From the IMG/VR virus record IMGVR_UViG_646206259_000006: DNA of 17,564 bases; one strand, written 5' to 3'. Each line of letters begins with the position of its first letter. Within the stretch, counting starts at the first letter, position 1. This document shows positions 1-9,085 of this stretch, piece after piece. Under the pieces are notes generated by a model. The model searched no databases and was not told where the DNA came from. It saw only the letters and a program-made list of their open reading frames with translations. A program made the position numbers and the translations under genes. Source of the stretch: a virus (lineage: Duplodnaviria; Heunggongvirae; Uroviricota; Caudoviricetes).

Positions 1-651
1 GTGAACAACATCTTGAGAAAATCGCCAATCGAACGGCTTTGTTCATCTGTATCGATTACCCCTCATGAAATGGCTGTGGCCTTGGCTGGCCTAAACCCAT
101 CTATGCGCATTAGCGATGTGCCTGAGGAAAATTTCGAATATGTCGATTTTGTCAGAACTCATCTTGCCAGAGCTATCAAGGTGTACAGAGGTGAAAAAAC
201 TAGTAAAGACGAGCCTTGCCATGCCCTTGATATTTTCTTAGCTTCTTACCCATTTATTGACACAAATACACCAGAAATAATTGTTCAGAAAATATCAGAA
301 GCGATTGATGATTTGCGTGGCACCAAGGGCTGGGAAGAAAAAGCCCGAAACCTTGGAGGACTCCAGTTAGTAAACTACATCAAAGAAACCAACCGCAGCG
401 GACGTGGGCAGCATAGAAAGCAGGATGAGGAAAACGGGACAATGAAAATGATGGGGTTGATAGTACATCTGCTGATAAAAAAATCAGGCTCATCTTCCTA
501 CATCCAAAATGGGAAACCTAATCGCACAGCTATATACCGTGACATAGAAACCTTAATCAAGGATGAAGGGATATCCCATAAAGGAATAGCAAAAGCCACA
601 TTCCTAGAAAAAATCTCACGGGCTTTATTAGCTGTCCACGATCTCGACTAA
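1..651 (+). CDS. Hypothetical protein (216 aa); GTG start coincides with the window edge, so the 5' end may be incomplete
   Basis: Open frame 1..651 with no competing ORF on either strand. No motif recognised. Start cannot be confirmed because upstream sequence is absent. Confidence 0.4.
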   Translation: MNNILRKSPIERLCSSVSITPHEMAVALAGLNPSMRISDVPEENFEYVDFVRTHLARAIKVYRGEKTSKDEPCHALDIFLASYPFIDTNTPEIIVQKISEAIDDLRGTKGWEEKARNLGGLQLVNYIKETNRSGRGQHRKQDEENGTMKMMGLIVHLLIKKSGSSSYIQNGKPNRTAIYRDIETLIKDEGISHKGIAKATFLEKISRALLAVHDLD

Positions 652-804
652 TCACTTTTCACGCCCCTCCAAAGCAATGGCGGGGCATTACCTGTTTACC
701 CATCTCCACCAGCATAGATAATTCTATGCCTAGCCATTGCTATATCTGTTCGGCTTAGTTCATCTGTAATCACCCCATCTCTAAAAGATACGCCAGCTAT
801 CATT

Positions 805-830
805 AGCCATTTTAAGCCATCATGAGCCAT
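805..830. promoter_or_regulatory. Three AGCCAT hexamers at exact 10-bp phasing (805, 815, 825), with a fourth copy at 732, in the AT-rich region upstream of the alpA operon
   Basis: Direct reading: TTAGCCATTTTAAGCCATCATGAGCCAT. Helical-turn phasing suggests a protein-binding array. The binding partner is unknown. Confidence 0.3.
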
Positions 831-1010
831 TATAAACCGACTCAACCAATTGAATAATAAAAGATAAAAAGAAATGTAAAAACATGATGAATGACGATGA
901 AAGATATAACTCTTTGATAAAACAATGATTTTTTAAACTGGTAACTAATTGAAAATAAAGAAAATAATTATCCCACCTGTATTTGCAATCTTTCAGTGGA
1001 TCGGTATTTT

Positions 1011-1043
1011 TTCAATAGATTTATAATTTCTTTCAATAGATTC
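1011..1043 (+). promoter_or_regulatory. Putative alpA-operon promoter: perfect -10 TATAAT (1022-1027) flanked by direct repeats TTCAATAGATT (1011-1021, 1033-1043)
   Basis: Sequence reading only; no convincing -35 hexamer. A further AATAGA copy lies at 1051-1056. Confidence 0.3.
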
Positions 1044-1122
1044 TAGTCTTAATAGAAATACTGTATGGGCAACCACTAAACTTTAAGTAACTTCATGAGC
1101 TATCAGAGAGGTTACTAGAGAT

Positions 1123-1341
1123 ATGACAGCACACAAGCCAGCATCATCAGCTATCCCAACAACTGGATACATCCGTCGCTTTCGCATGCCGGAATTGCTA
1201 GGTGTTTCACTGCCTACTATTGATAGATGGGTTAAAAATGGCACTCTTCCACGCCCAGTGAAGCTAACAGATAACGTGACTGCGTTTGATGCGGTGGAAA
1301 TTAATAACTGGCTGGCAGAACGCCGCGGGAAGGTGGCCTGA
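1123..1341 (+). CDS. alpA: AlpA-family phage transcriptional regulator / excision-associated DNA-binding protein (72 aa)
   Basis: Small protein with the characteristic AlpA/prophage CP4-57 regulator HTH segment (RMPELLGVSLPTIDRWVKNGTLPRPVKL...NVTAFDAVEINNWL). GAGAGG RBS about 10 nt upstream. Stop overlaps the next start. Confidence 0.8.
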   Translation: MTAHKPASSAIPTTGYIRRFRMPELLGVSLPTIDRWVKNGTLPRPVKLTDNVTAFDAVEINNWLAERRGKVA

Positions 1342-1772
1342 TGGAAAAGAAAAACCGCCCATTACAGGCGGCTAATTCAGATATTCGCGTATCTGATATT
1401 ACGCCCCTTACAAAATCCCTTCAAGCACCAAAGCGCACACCGAAAAAGCATCGTGCCCGAGTCTATATGCTGCGTACTGGTATAGAGGGATGGACAGAAA
1501 ATGACATTCTTCGCTACTGCCGTCTGTCTTCTGGTCGTAACTATGCAACAGAGTTAGAACGCCAGCTTGGAATCACTCTGGAGCGTATCGACGAAAAGAA
1601 TCCTGATGGTATCGGAACACACCTTCGCTACCGTTTCTCCTGCCGTGGTGATGTTCTGAAAGTGATCACTCATGTTAACCATCTTGCGAACATAAATGAT
1701 CACAACGGACTTTCTCAGCAGGAAATTGCCGACATTCTGAAACTCTACCCGGACGCGTTTAACGCCGCCTAA
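1341..1772 (+). CDS. Hypothetical protein (143 aa), translationally coupled to alpA
   Basis: ATG overlaps the alpA TGA stop (TGATG). Basic N-terminus (PKRTPKKHRAR). No recognisable domain. Confidence 0.55.
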   Translation: MEKKNRPLQAANSDIRVSDITPLTKSLQAPKRTPKKHRARVYMLRTGIEGWTENDILRYCRLSSGRNYATELERQLGITLERIDEKNPDGIGTHLRYRFSCRGDVLKVITHVNHLANINDHNGLSQQEIADILKLYPDAFNAA

Positions 1773-1784
1773 CGGAGACTAAAA

Positions 1785-2618
1785 ATGAACATCGAAAAAA
1801 GCAGATTAATTTCTGAGGCCGCCCCTCATCTGAACGCCTCTCTGGGCACAATTAACGGTAATGAATTTGCCGCAATTGTCCCGGTTATTTCTGGTCATAT
1901 AGGTGGGCGTGAAACCAATATTGTTAGCGCAAAAGCGTTACACAAAGCGTTGGGCGTGGGAAAAGACTTCTCTACATGGATCACTGATCGCATCTCTGAA
2001 TATGACTTCACCATTGGGCACGATTACTCAGTCCATAAAACAATTTCCCCAAATTTGGGGAAAAGCCCGAATGGCGCGGCTTACAGCAAGATTAAGCACT
2101 CTGGCAGACCCGGCAAAGACTATCTGTTAAGTGTCGGAATGGCGAAAGAACTGGCAATGATCGAACGCAATGATCAGGGTCGCGCTATCCGTCGTTATTT
2201 CATCCAGTGCGAGGAAGAATTACAGCGTACCGTGCCTGAAATCGCCGCCCGCTATCGTCGCCAGCTAAAAGCCCGTATCAGTGCCGCAAACAACTTTAAG
2301 CCAATGTGCGATGCGCTGAACATGGCCCGTGCCGAGCAGGGGAAAACGACGCAGCAACACCACTACACAAACGAGAGCAATATGATTTCTCGTATCGTTC
2401 TTGGTGGGCTAACTGCTAAGCAGTGGGCGCGGATAAATGGCTATTCTGGCGAACCTCGCGACCATATGAACGCAGAACAGCTTGAGCACCTCTCATATCT
2501 CGAAAGCACCAATATCACGTTAATTGATATGGGCATGGAATATGAGCAGCGCAAAGGAGAACTCACCCACCTGTCGCAACGCTGGCTCGCCAAGCGTCTG
2601 GAGGCGCTCAATGTCTAA
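1785..2618 (+). CDS. Phage antirepressor-like protein (AntA/KilA-C-type), 277 aa
   Basis: GGAG RBS upstream. Sequence flavour of AntA-type antirepressor N-domain (…MIERNDQGRAIRRYFIQCEEEL…). Assignment is from memory of the family, not a search. Confidence 0.6.
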   Translation: MNIEKSRLISEAAPHLNASLGTINGNEFAAIVPVISGHIGGRETNIVSAKALHKALGVGKDFSTWITDRISEYDFTIGHDYSVHKTISPNLGKSPNGAAYSKIKHSGRPGKDYLLSVGMAKELAMIERNDQGRAIRRYFIQCEEELQRTVPEIAARYRRQLKARISAANNFKPMCDALNMARAEQGKTTQQHHYTNESNMISRIVLGGLTAKQWARINGYSGEPRDHMNAEQLEHLSYLESTNITLIDMGMEYEQRKGELTHLSQRWLAKRLEALNV

Positions 2619-2790
2619 GCCAACAGGAATACCACAACCACAAAAACGCTACAAAGATGCCCACGGAGCACTCGTTACTGTCGAAAGCGTGTCTCACAAC
2701 CGAGTGACGTTTTATCGCGACGGGTATCAATCGCCATGCGTACAACCGCTGGCGCGTTTCATGAAGGAGTTCGCGGAGGTTAACCAATGA
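2611..2790 (+). CDS. Small hypothetical protein (59 aa), possibly DUF4222-like
   Basis: ATG at 2611 preceded by GGAGG (2600-2604) and overlapping the upstream stop. The ORF-track call from 2524 is probably an over-extension. Confidence 0.5.
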   Translation: MSKPTGIPQPQKRYKDAHGALVTVESVSHNRVTFYRDGYQSPCVQPLARFMKEFAEVNQ

Positions 2791-3854
2791 TACCCGTCCA
2801 GAAGAAGACATTTTCACTGGCTGGTATGTCGCCAAAATCCAGCAATATGACAGCAAAGTCAGACATTAATACAGCAGATACAAGCAAAGTTTATCATTTG
2901 CTGGTGGTAGGAGCGGATGCCTTAACTATGTCAGAAATTACGGTCGATGGTGTTAGCGTTGAGAAGGTCAGCGGCTATGCCAGAGAATTTCTGGTCGTAG
3001 ATGGCTTTCTCTGCTCGTGTAGTGACTCCACAAAAACCTTCGTCCACGCGCGTGACGTTAACGAAATGAGCGCGATGTACTGTGCTTCTGGTTCTTCCAA
3101 TAGTGAGTTTTCGGAGTCCATAAAAAAGAGCTTGCCGTTATGCGGCAACACGGTTTATGGTTATAAGGCACCTCATAAAACGGGTGCCGGGATTGGCGTC
3201 CTGAAAATTCTGAAGGCGACATATGACGCGCCGAGCGTCTTTTTTTATGTCGTAGGTCTGACTCACCCATTTTTTGGGCGTTGGTGTATAATCCAGCGCC
3301 TTTGTCAATCAATGGTGGCTCAGGCGGGGGCTTCTTCGGAAGCGCCGGTATCCTTCAGAGCCGGTTACGCCAACCCTGTCTGGGCTACCACCAGCGAAAT
3401 TGGCGTTTCCGGTGGTAGCGTAACCTGCTATCTGAAGGAGGCTGCCACATGCTGGCTACTACCCCTACCCAAAAAACGCAATTTATCTGGATTATCGCCG
3501 CAGTTCGCCGCGATTGCCCGACAATTACCGCCAAAATTCATCATATTGCTGCCGAGTCTGAACGCGATGCTCGCCGTTCTCTGGTGCGCGATCACATCTG
3601 CTTTTTTGCTGGTCGTATCCGCATGGAGGTGGCACATGATTAAAAACTACGATGTGCATATGGATCCCCTCGAACGCACAAGCCAGATCATCACACTGAC
3701 AGAAGTGATTAACGACATTCTGGTGAGCAACTCTCCCTCACGAGACGAAAGACTGAAGGCGTTACTCGCGATATTGGATCTCGCCGTTCGTGACGTTCAT
3801 TTCCTGCTGGAAGGTGGCGAAATGCCAGTAAAAACGGGGGCAACCAATGAATAA
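2787..3854 (+). CDS. Hypothetical protein (355 aa as an uninterrupted ORF); 3' third may be a separate small gene starting at ATG 3636
   Basis: ATGA start/stop overlap with the upstream gene and GGAGG RBS at 2775-2779. No in-frame stop until 3854. The stretch about 3240-3636 is W/C/L-rich like a non-coding frame. ATG 3636 has its own GGAGG RBS. Confidence 0.45.
   Translation: MIPVQKKTFSLAGMSPKSSNMTAKSDINTADTSKVYHLLVVGADALTMSEITVDGVSVEKVSGYAREFLVVDGFLCSCSDSTKTFVHARDVNEMSAMYCASGSSNSEFSESIKKSLPLCGNTVYGYKAPHKTGAGIGVLKILKATYDAPSVFFYVVGLTHPFFGRWCIIQRLCQSMVAQAGASSEAPVSFRAGYANPVWATTSEIGVSGGSVTCYLKEAATCWLLPLPKKRNLSGLSPQFAAIARQLPPKFIILLPSLNAMLAVLWCAITSAFLLVVSAWRWHMIKNYDVHMDPLERTSQIITLTEVINDILVSNSPSRDERLKALLAILDLAVRDVHFLLEGGEMPVKTGATNE
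3449..3643 (+). CDS. Alternative small ORF (64 aa) nested out of frame inside the 2787..3854 ORF
   Basis: Strong RBS GAAGGAGG (3434-3441) 7 nt before the ATG. Protein-like composition. Frame opens after a TAG at 3416-3418. Cannot be real together with an intact long ORF unless genes overlap extensively. Confidence 0.3.
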   Translation: MLATTPTQKTQFIWIIAAVRRDCPTITAKIHHIAAESERDARRSLVRDHICFFAGRIRMEVAHD

Positions 3855-4041
3855 CTCAATTAATACCCCTCGCCTTACGTCCGCACTTCAATTAATCGAG
3901 CAAGCAGCGGCTGTCCTGGTTGCTGTCAGTCTTTCGGCTGAAGAAATGGACGCTACTGATGTCGTGGATGCGATTAAAGCGTGCTCATCTTTGGTTAACG
4001 ATGCCCGTGCAGAGCTGGTAATTCTTGGGGGTGAAAAATGA
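3847..4041 (+). CDS. Small hypothetical protein (64 aa)
   Basis: ATG overlaps the upstream stop (ATGAATAA). Part of a coupled chain of small ORFs. Confidence 0.5.
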   Translation: MNNSINTPRLTSALQLIEQAAAVLVAVSLSAEEMDATDVVDAIKACSSLVNDARAELVILGGEK

Positions 4042-4301
4042 ATATCAACTTAATTTATCGTCATCCGTGTGAGCTGGAAATTGAATCATTGCTGAGCCGT
4101 GAAGAGCCATATCCAGACACATTCACTCTTGCAGATCGCACGACTGAACGGCTTACCAGAGCGCGCACAGGTCTGGTTCATGTGATGAATGAGATTCTTC
4201 CATCGGTGGGAGGGGAACAGGCGACAGTAATCAATAGCTGGCTACAAAAAGTTACCTCCCTGATAGATATCAGTTTAATCGATGTGGAGAGTGCGAAATG
4301 A
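4038..4301 (+). CDS. Small hypothetical protein (87 aa)
   Basis: ATGA start/stop overlap with the upstream ORF. Confidence 0.5.
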   Translation: MNINLIYRHPCELEIESLLSREEPYPDTFTLADRTTERLTRARTGLVHVMNEILPSVGGEQATVINSWLQKVTSLIDISLIDVESAK

Positions 4302-4519
4302 CCAACATCCAGCTCATTGAAGCGCAATGTCGCATCGAACAGGTTCAGACTGTTTTAGGGTTCTGGCTTGAAGGGGCCAGCCCAAGCAACAGAGACAAGT
4401 TAATGATTGGCGCGGTTATGTCACTGCTCAATGGCGTACCAGAAGCTATTCAGGAAGCGGACGAATTGTTGGGCAAATATGAGTTACAGAATCATTCAGG
4501 CGAGGCGAAACATGAATAA
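4298..4519 (+). CDS. Small hypothetical protein (73 aa)
   Basis: ATGA start/stop overlap with the upstream ORF. GGAGAG upstream. Confidence 0.5.
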   Translation: MTNIQLIEAQCRIEQVQTVLGFWLEGASPSNRDKLMIGAVMSLLNGVPEAIQEADELLGKYELQNHSGEAKHE

Positions 4520-5114
4520 TTTCTTAACCTTCCATGCAGAAGCAACGCCTGACGGCGTAAACATCATGCACCGCAGCAACAATGGCATGACAGAACGCGT
4601 TGAGACCGTCTCATATATTGATGCCGTAAATCGTCTGGATGCCGGGGATTATGACGATAAACCAGATGAAGGCATGTTTATACATCTCGCTATTGCCAGT
4701 GGCGGCAACCAGGGATATTTCGATTACACATCACAGCATCACGTGATTATGTGGCGCTGGCTGATAGCAACAGCATTAATCAATGAAATGAGAAAGGAAA
4801 ACGGCACCGTCAGCATTATTGATGACAGTGGCAATCATTCCGTGGTTTCTGTTTATTCCAATGGCATCGTCGCCATGCCGCTGTATCCAGTAGCAGAGCG
4901 CCTCGCTATGGCAAACAACATTGAGGGCGCAATGATCGAGAAATATGGTGTTGATGTCGGAACAAAGAATGCCATCATTTTTTACAGCAACATGTTCGAT
5001 GTCGAACAGGGAACACTCACTTCGTTTGGGCGAGAAGTGCTTGCCGATCTTCACAACAGCTTTATTGCCGAACTAAACGAAAACGGCATCCCAGAAGCAC
5101 CAGTGACGCACTAA
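4512..5114 (+). CDS. Hypothetical protein (200 aa); alternative longer start at 4407
   Basis: ATG 4512 overlaps the upstream stop (ATGAATAA), matching the coupling pattern of the operon. The 4407 start would overlap the previous gene by about 110 nt. Confidence 0.55.
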   Translation: MNNFLTFHAEATPDGVNIMHRSNNGMTERVETVSYIDAVNRLDAGDYDDKPDEGMFIHLAIASGGNQGYFDYTSQHHVIMWRWLIATALINEMRKENGTVSIIDDSGNHSVVSVYSNGIVAMPLYPVAERLAMANNIEGAMIEKYGVDVGTKNAIIFYSNMFDVEQGTLTSFGREVLADLHNSFIAELNENGIPEAPVTH

Positions 5115-5126
5115 ACGGGGGCCAGA

Positions 5127-7478
5127 ATGCGAAACATTGATCTTATCCGTCAGGTTATCAGTGCGTCTGAAAACAACTGGCCTCATGTGCTGGGCTGCCT
5201 GAACATAAATGTCCCTGACTCTCCGCGCCGTCATGCTCCCTGCCCTGCATGTGGGGGCAAAGACCGATTCCGGTTCGATGACAACGGGCGCGGTAGCTTC
5301 ATCTGTAATCAGTGCGGCGCTGGTGATGGGCTGGATTTAATTAAACGCGTAAATAACTGCGACACAACAGAGGCGGCGCTGCTTGCCGCTGATGTTCTGG
5401 GTATTGATTACCGGACAACGGAAACACCAGAAGCCACCAGCCAGAAACGGGAACAACTGGAAACCGAGCGCCAGCGACGCGAACAGGAGCGCCTGAAAAG
5501 GGCAGAGAAGGACGAACAACAAAGACGGGATACGTTTTCCCGTCAGTTTGATGACATGCGCAGAAAGGCTGTAAACGGCAAATCTGATTATCTGGTTGCG
5601 AAAGGGGTAGGTGATTTTACATTCCCTGTGTTGCCCGATGGATCTCTGTTGCTGGCGCTGGTGGATAAATCCGGCGCAGTTACAGCAGCACAGACTATTA
5701 CCTCACATGGTGAAAAAAGACTCCTGACAGGTTCAGCAAAGCGAGGGGCATATCACGCCATAAACGCACAGAAACGACCTCACAGCATCATAATTGCTGA
5801 GGGGGTGGCTACCGCCCTGTCGTGCCATTTAATTCGCCCTGACGCAATGACAGTGGCAGCAATCGACGCTGGCAACCTGTTGCCAGTAGCGGAAGTCATG
5901 CGCAGAACATATCCACAGGCACAAATCATCATTGCCGCAGATAACGATCACCAGCAAGGAAACTCCGAAAGTGGAGGGATCAACACGGGGAAAGATGCCG
6001 CAGAGAGGGCCGCTATTTCCGTAGCTGGCTGGGTGTCTCTGCCACCGACTGACTATAAAGCCGACTGGAACGACTATCACCAACAACACGGGCTGGCGGC
6101 AGCCACAGCAGCATTTAAAGATTCGATGTACCAGCCACGGGGGAAAGGGGCGCAGGTGAAAAATCACAAACAGTCAGTCGGGGCGCTGAATGAGATCAGT
6201 TCTGGCGAGGTGTTAAGCGATGATGAAATTGCTGTCCTCGAAGAAATCAACCGGACGTTTACGCATGTCACCATCGGCGGGAAACACAAGGTGGTGTCGC
6301 TAAAGCCTTCTCAAACCGGCGGTGTATCGCACGTTTTCGAGGATTTATCACAATTTCAGCATTATTTTCATCATAAACCGAGAGTCGCCAGAAAGCTGGC
6401 GGGATCGGCGTGGCTGTCATGGAGTGGGAAGAACTACAAGCCAGGAGGCGTAGGATTTTATCCAGTACCAGACAAATGCCCTGACGATGTTTTTAATCTG
6501 TATGAGGGGCTGGCACTGGAACCAATTGAAGGAGATTGCACGGTATACCTTAATCACCTGTTGCAGGTTGTCTGTGCCGGTAATGAAGAGGCATACCAAT
6601 ATCTTATCCAGTGGATGGCGCACATTATCCAAAAGCCTGATGAAAAACCGTCCGTGGCAATCGTGATGAAATCTGTCCCGGGCACAGGGAAAGGCACAAC
6701 GGTTAAACCGCTGCTGCAAATACTGGGGCAGTACGCCGCCCACATTAACGGGGCGGGACATATTTCAGGGCGCTTCAATTCAATACTTGCTAACAAGCTA
6801 CTGGTATTTGCTGACGAAGTGACGATCCACAAGCCGTCTGAAGCTGACAGACTTAAAGCGATTATTAGCGAACCGACGTTTAACCTTGAGCGCAAGGGAA
6901 TTGATGCTGAACCAATGCCGAATTTTGCCCGGTTGATATTTGCCAGTAACAGCACACAGGTATTACAGGCAGGGATAAGAGAGCGCCGCTATCTCGTGCT
7001 TGAGCCATCTCCTGAAAAAGCACAGAGCCGGGAGTATTTTGATCGGCTGTACAGTTGGCTTAATGATGGCGGTGCCGCAAAGTTGCTTTGGCATCTTAAA
7101 GGGGTGGATCTCTCAGGTTTTGACCCTCAACGAGCGCCACAGACCGATGCCTTACGTGAAGAAATCTTGCTGGGGCTGTCTGGCGTTGAATTGTTTCTTT
7201 ATGGCGAGCTAATCAATGAACCTCCGTTTAATGGCGAAGTCCGTTTGTTTGCAAAGGATATGGTTAGTCGGTTTGTAGCGTGGTCGCTTGAGCGTGGGGA
7301 AAAGCTTAAAGAACCAGCTGCCAGATCACTACTGGGTAAATCACTTGCACAAATGGGGCTGGTGAAGCATGGAAGACCAGACCGAGGGAATGGCGTGTTC
7401 TACGAACTACCAGAGGTCGGAGTTCTACAGGCTGCGTTTGCCCGTCTGATCGGTATGGGGGGTTATGATGTTTTTTAA
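5127..7478 (+). CDS. P4-alpha-like primase-helicase (783 aa)
   Basis: N-terminal CxxC…CxxC zinc-binding motif (CPACGG…CNQCGAG). TOPRIM-like segment (IIIAEGVATALS, IIIAADNDHQ). C-terminal P-loop (VPGTGKGT) and DExx-like box (LLVFADEV). Iteron cluster immediately downstream. Confidence 0.85.
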   Translation: MRNIDLIRQVISASENNWPHVLGCLNINVPDSPRRHAPCPACGGKDRFRFDDNGRGSFICNQCGAGDGLDLIKRVNNCDTTEAALLAADVLGIDYRTTETPEATSQKREQLETERQRREQERLKRAEKDEQQRRDTFSRQFDDMRRKAVNGKSDYLVAKGVGDFTFPVLPDGSLLLALVDKSGAVTAAQTITSHGEKRLLTGSAKRGAYHAINAQKRPHSIIIAEGVATALSCHLIRPDAMTVAAIDAGNLLPVAEVMRRTYPQAQIIIAADNDHQQGNSESGGINTGKDAAERAAISVAGWVSLPPTDYKADWNDYHQQHGLAAATAAFKDSMYQPRGKGAQVKNHKQSVGALNEISSGEVLSDDEIAVLEEINRTFTHVTIGGKHKVVSLKPSQTGGVSHVFEDLSQFQHYFHHKPRVARKLAGSAWLSWSGKNYKPGGVGFYPVPDKCPDDVFNLYEGLALEPIEGDCTVYLNHLLQVVCAGNEEAYQYLIQWMAHIIQKPDEKPSVAIVMKSVPGTGKGTTVKPLLQILGQYAAHINGAGHISGRFNSILANKLLVFADEVTIHKPSEADRLKAIISEPTFNLERKGIDAEPMPNFARLIFASNSTQVLQAGIRERRYLVLEPSPEKAQSREYFDRLYSWLNDGGAAKLLWHLKGVDLSGFDPQRAPQTDALREEILLGLSGVELFLYGELINEPPFNGEVRLFAKDMVSRFVAWSLERGEKLKEPAARSLLGKSLAQMGLVKHGRPDRGNGVFYELPEVGVLQAAFARLIGMGGYDVF

Positions 7479-7507
7479 TATAGTCTTTTTACAAGAAGAT
7501 CGTTTTT

Positions 7508-7611
7508 ACCTGTACCACCTATACCACTTTGCTAATTCAGCATTAAAAACAATGCGTTATAGTGGTACAGGTCAATATCTTACCTATACCAGACCTGTAC
7601 CACCTATACCA
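7508..7611. repeat. Iteron cluster 1 (putative origin): 19-bp direct repeat ACCTGTACCACCTATACCA at 7508-7526 and 7593-7611 with an inverted TGGTACAGGT copy between them
   Basis: Direct reading. Lies immediately 3' of the primase-helicase gene in an AT-rich context, the usual position of the ori in P4/PICI-type elements. Confidence 0.7.
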
Positions 7612-7654
7612 TTAACAAACGCATTTCTTCTGGCTGGCTGAGAGGGAACAACCA

Positions 7655-7885
7655 ATGATGAGCACACCATTTTACAAAGTGCGCCAGTTAGCTTCTTCCT
7701 CTGGCTGGCAGCTACGGTTTGAGGGGCGTTCAGACTGGCTACCCATTGCGGCATGGGCGAATGTTGAAATGTGTATTGACGGCGATACCGTTGAAATCAT
7801 TATTCCCTGCGTGGCAAGTCGGGACGGCTGTATAGAGCCAACAGATATGGCAGCAGAAATCAGAGAGGTAAAACATGAACAATAA
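7655..7885 (+). CDS. Hypothetical protein (76 aa)
   Basis: AGAGGGA RBS upstream of ATG. Stop overlaps the next start. Confidence 0.5.
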   Translation: MMSTPFYKVRQLASSSGWQLRFEGRSDWLPIAAWANVEMCIDGDTVEIIIPCVASRDGCIEPTDMAAEIREVKHEQ

Positions 7886-8612
7886 CTATTGCATACTGCA
7901 GGGAATGACCAGAACGGAGCGCGAAGAATTAAAAAGTTTCGCTACACAGTGCGGGAATGCTGGCGACATCCAAAGTCTGGAACGCACTTTAATTATGATT
8001 GCGCACTGGATGCGCCAGGGGCAAAGAGTTTCATTTACTGAATATGCCAGCCAGTGGACAGAGGCACAGCGCGAACGGAGCGACGGTAATCACTCAACAC
8101 CCGAAATGGCGAAGCAATGGCCTTTCAGTGGTAAACGCTGTATCAGTCCCGGTGGTTCAGATTATTACCCTGCTGGTGTGGGAGATGAGCCATGTTGTGA
8201 CGAGACTGAAATCCGCCACGCAGTGACAGTAATTACCGCTGAATACCCACAATTTAACCTTGACGGACTGGCGCTCCACAACCGGAATGCGGACTGGGAA
8301 AACCCGCTTGATAACCCGTCATTTATCGTATCGGCGAAAAGCTGCCTGAGATGGATCAGAGACAACGGGATGAGTAATGCCCAGATTGAGAGCTTCCCGC
8401 AGGATAACCCCACATCTGACACGTTGAAGCATGAAGTGGAGCGATATAACCAGATAAACCACCAGCACAGTGATCACCCGCACTATATCCCCAACGGAGC
8501 ATTTATTGCGGCGATGGTGGCAAGCGGCTACAAGGTTAAGCCAGCGGGAAGAATGAACGCATTTTTCAATATTTCAAAAAAGGGATTATGTGCTGCTATG
8601 GGTAAAAATTAA
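7875..8612 (+). CDS. Hypothetical protein (245 aa)
   Basis: GAGAGG RBS. ATG overlaps the upstream stop. No recognisable domain. Sits between the two iteron clusters. Confidence 0.55.
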   Translation: MNNNYCILQGMTRTEREELKSFATQCGNAGDIQSLERTLIMIAHWMRQGQRVSFTEYASQWTEAQRERSDGNHSTPEMAKQWPFSGKRCISPGGSDYYPAGVGDEPCCDETEIRHAVTVITAEYPQFNLDGLALHNRNADWENPLDNPSFIVSAKSCLRWIRDNGMSNAQIESFPQDNPTSDTLKHEVERYNQINHQHSDHPHYIPNGAFIAAMVASGYKVKPAGRMNAFFNISKKGLCAAMGKN

Positions 8613-8617
8613 ATAAA

Positions 8618-8721
8618 TGGTACAGGTCTGTACAGGTGGGGAGAGGTCATTTTTACCCACCTGTACCACCTGCAGGCCGCGCCACACAAGGGTTTGTGAC
8701 ATGGTGGTACAGGTGGTACAG
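8618..8721. repeat. Iteron cluster 2 (crr-like): at least four copies of the GGTACAGG/CCTGTACC core in both orientations
   Basis: Direct reading: TGGTACAGGT 8618-8627, CTGTACAGGTGG 8628-8639, CCACCTGTACCACC 8657-8670, GGTGGTACAGGTGGTACAG 8703-8721. Same core as cluster 1. Confidence 0.65.
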
Positions 8722-9085
8722 CAAAAACAGCGATTTTCTTTATAAGGTATGTTTTGCTCATCTGGCAGACGGAGGTATTCGCTGCGGTTTGGCACATAGC
8801 CCAGAACAGCAAAGAGTTTTACGAGACTTTTGTAAAATCCAGTGTACAAGGGCGTGACGTTTTTGAAGGTGAGCACTACGAAATTTTCGTAGTTCAAAAA
8901 ATAGCCTCTGAGATGTTGTTATGCCTGTTCAGCAAACCATCCGCATAGCTGATCGCGAATCAAATTACCAATGGAGCCAGAAGCAAGGGCAGAACTGGAA
9001 AGCGCCTGCCGTGAAGAGTAATGCGACTCCATAAATATAGTTTTTAGAGTCCATAAAAAAACTGTCAAAACCTGACATACAGAAC

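Noticed and set aside
1903-2130. Out-of-frame ORF (75 aa) inside the antirepressor-like gene
   Set aside because: Nested out of frame within a longer ORF that has an RBS and coupled neighbours.
2524-2610. N-terminal extension of the small ORF to ATG 2524
   Set aside because: It would overlap the antirepressor gene by about 95 nt. ATG 2611 has a well-spaced GGAGG RBS and the overlap style matches the rest of the operon.
5337-6955. Minus-strand ORFs (5337-5522, 5829-6167, 6417-6761, 6554-6955) inside the primase-helicase gene
   Set aside because: They lie entirely within a long, well-supported plus-strand gene and have Cys/Trp-rich, low-complexity translations typical of shadow ORFs.
7508-8721. 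Possible CRISPR array, given the clustered short repeats
   Set aside because: The repeats occur in both orientations with irregular spacing and no unique spacer units. They behave as iterons, not CRISPR repeats.
9062-9083. Possible LexA box upstream of the cargo operon (CTGTCAAAACCTGACATACAG)
   Set aside because: CTG and CAG half-sites are separated by 15 nt (or 5 nt for the inner pair), not 10, so it does not fit the SOS-box geometry.
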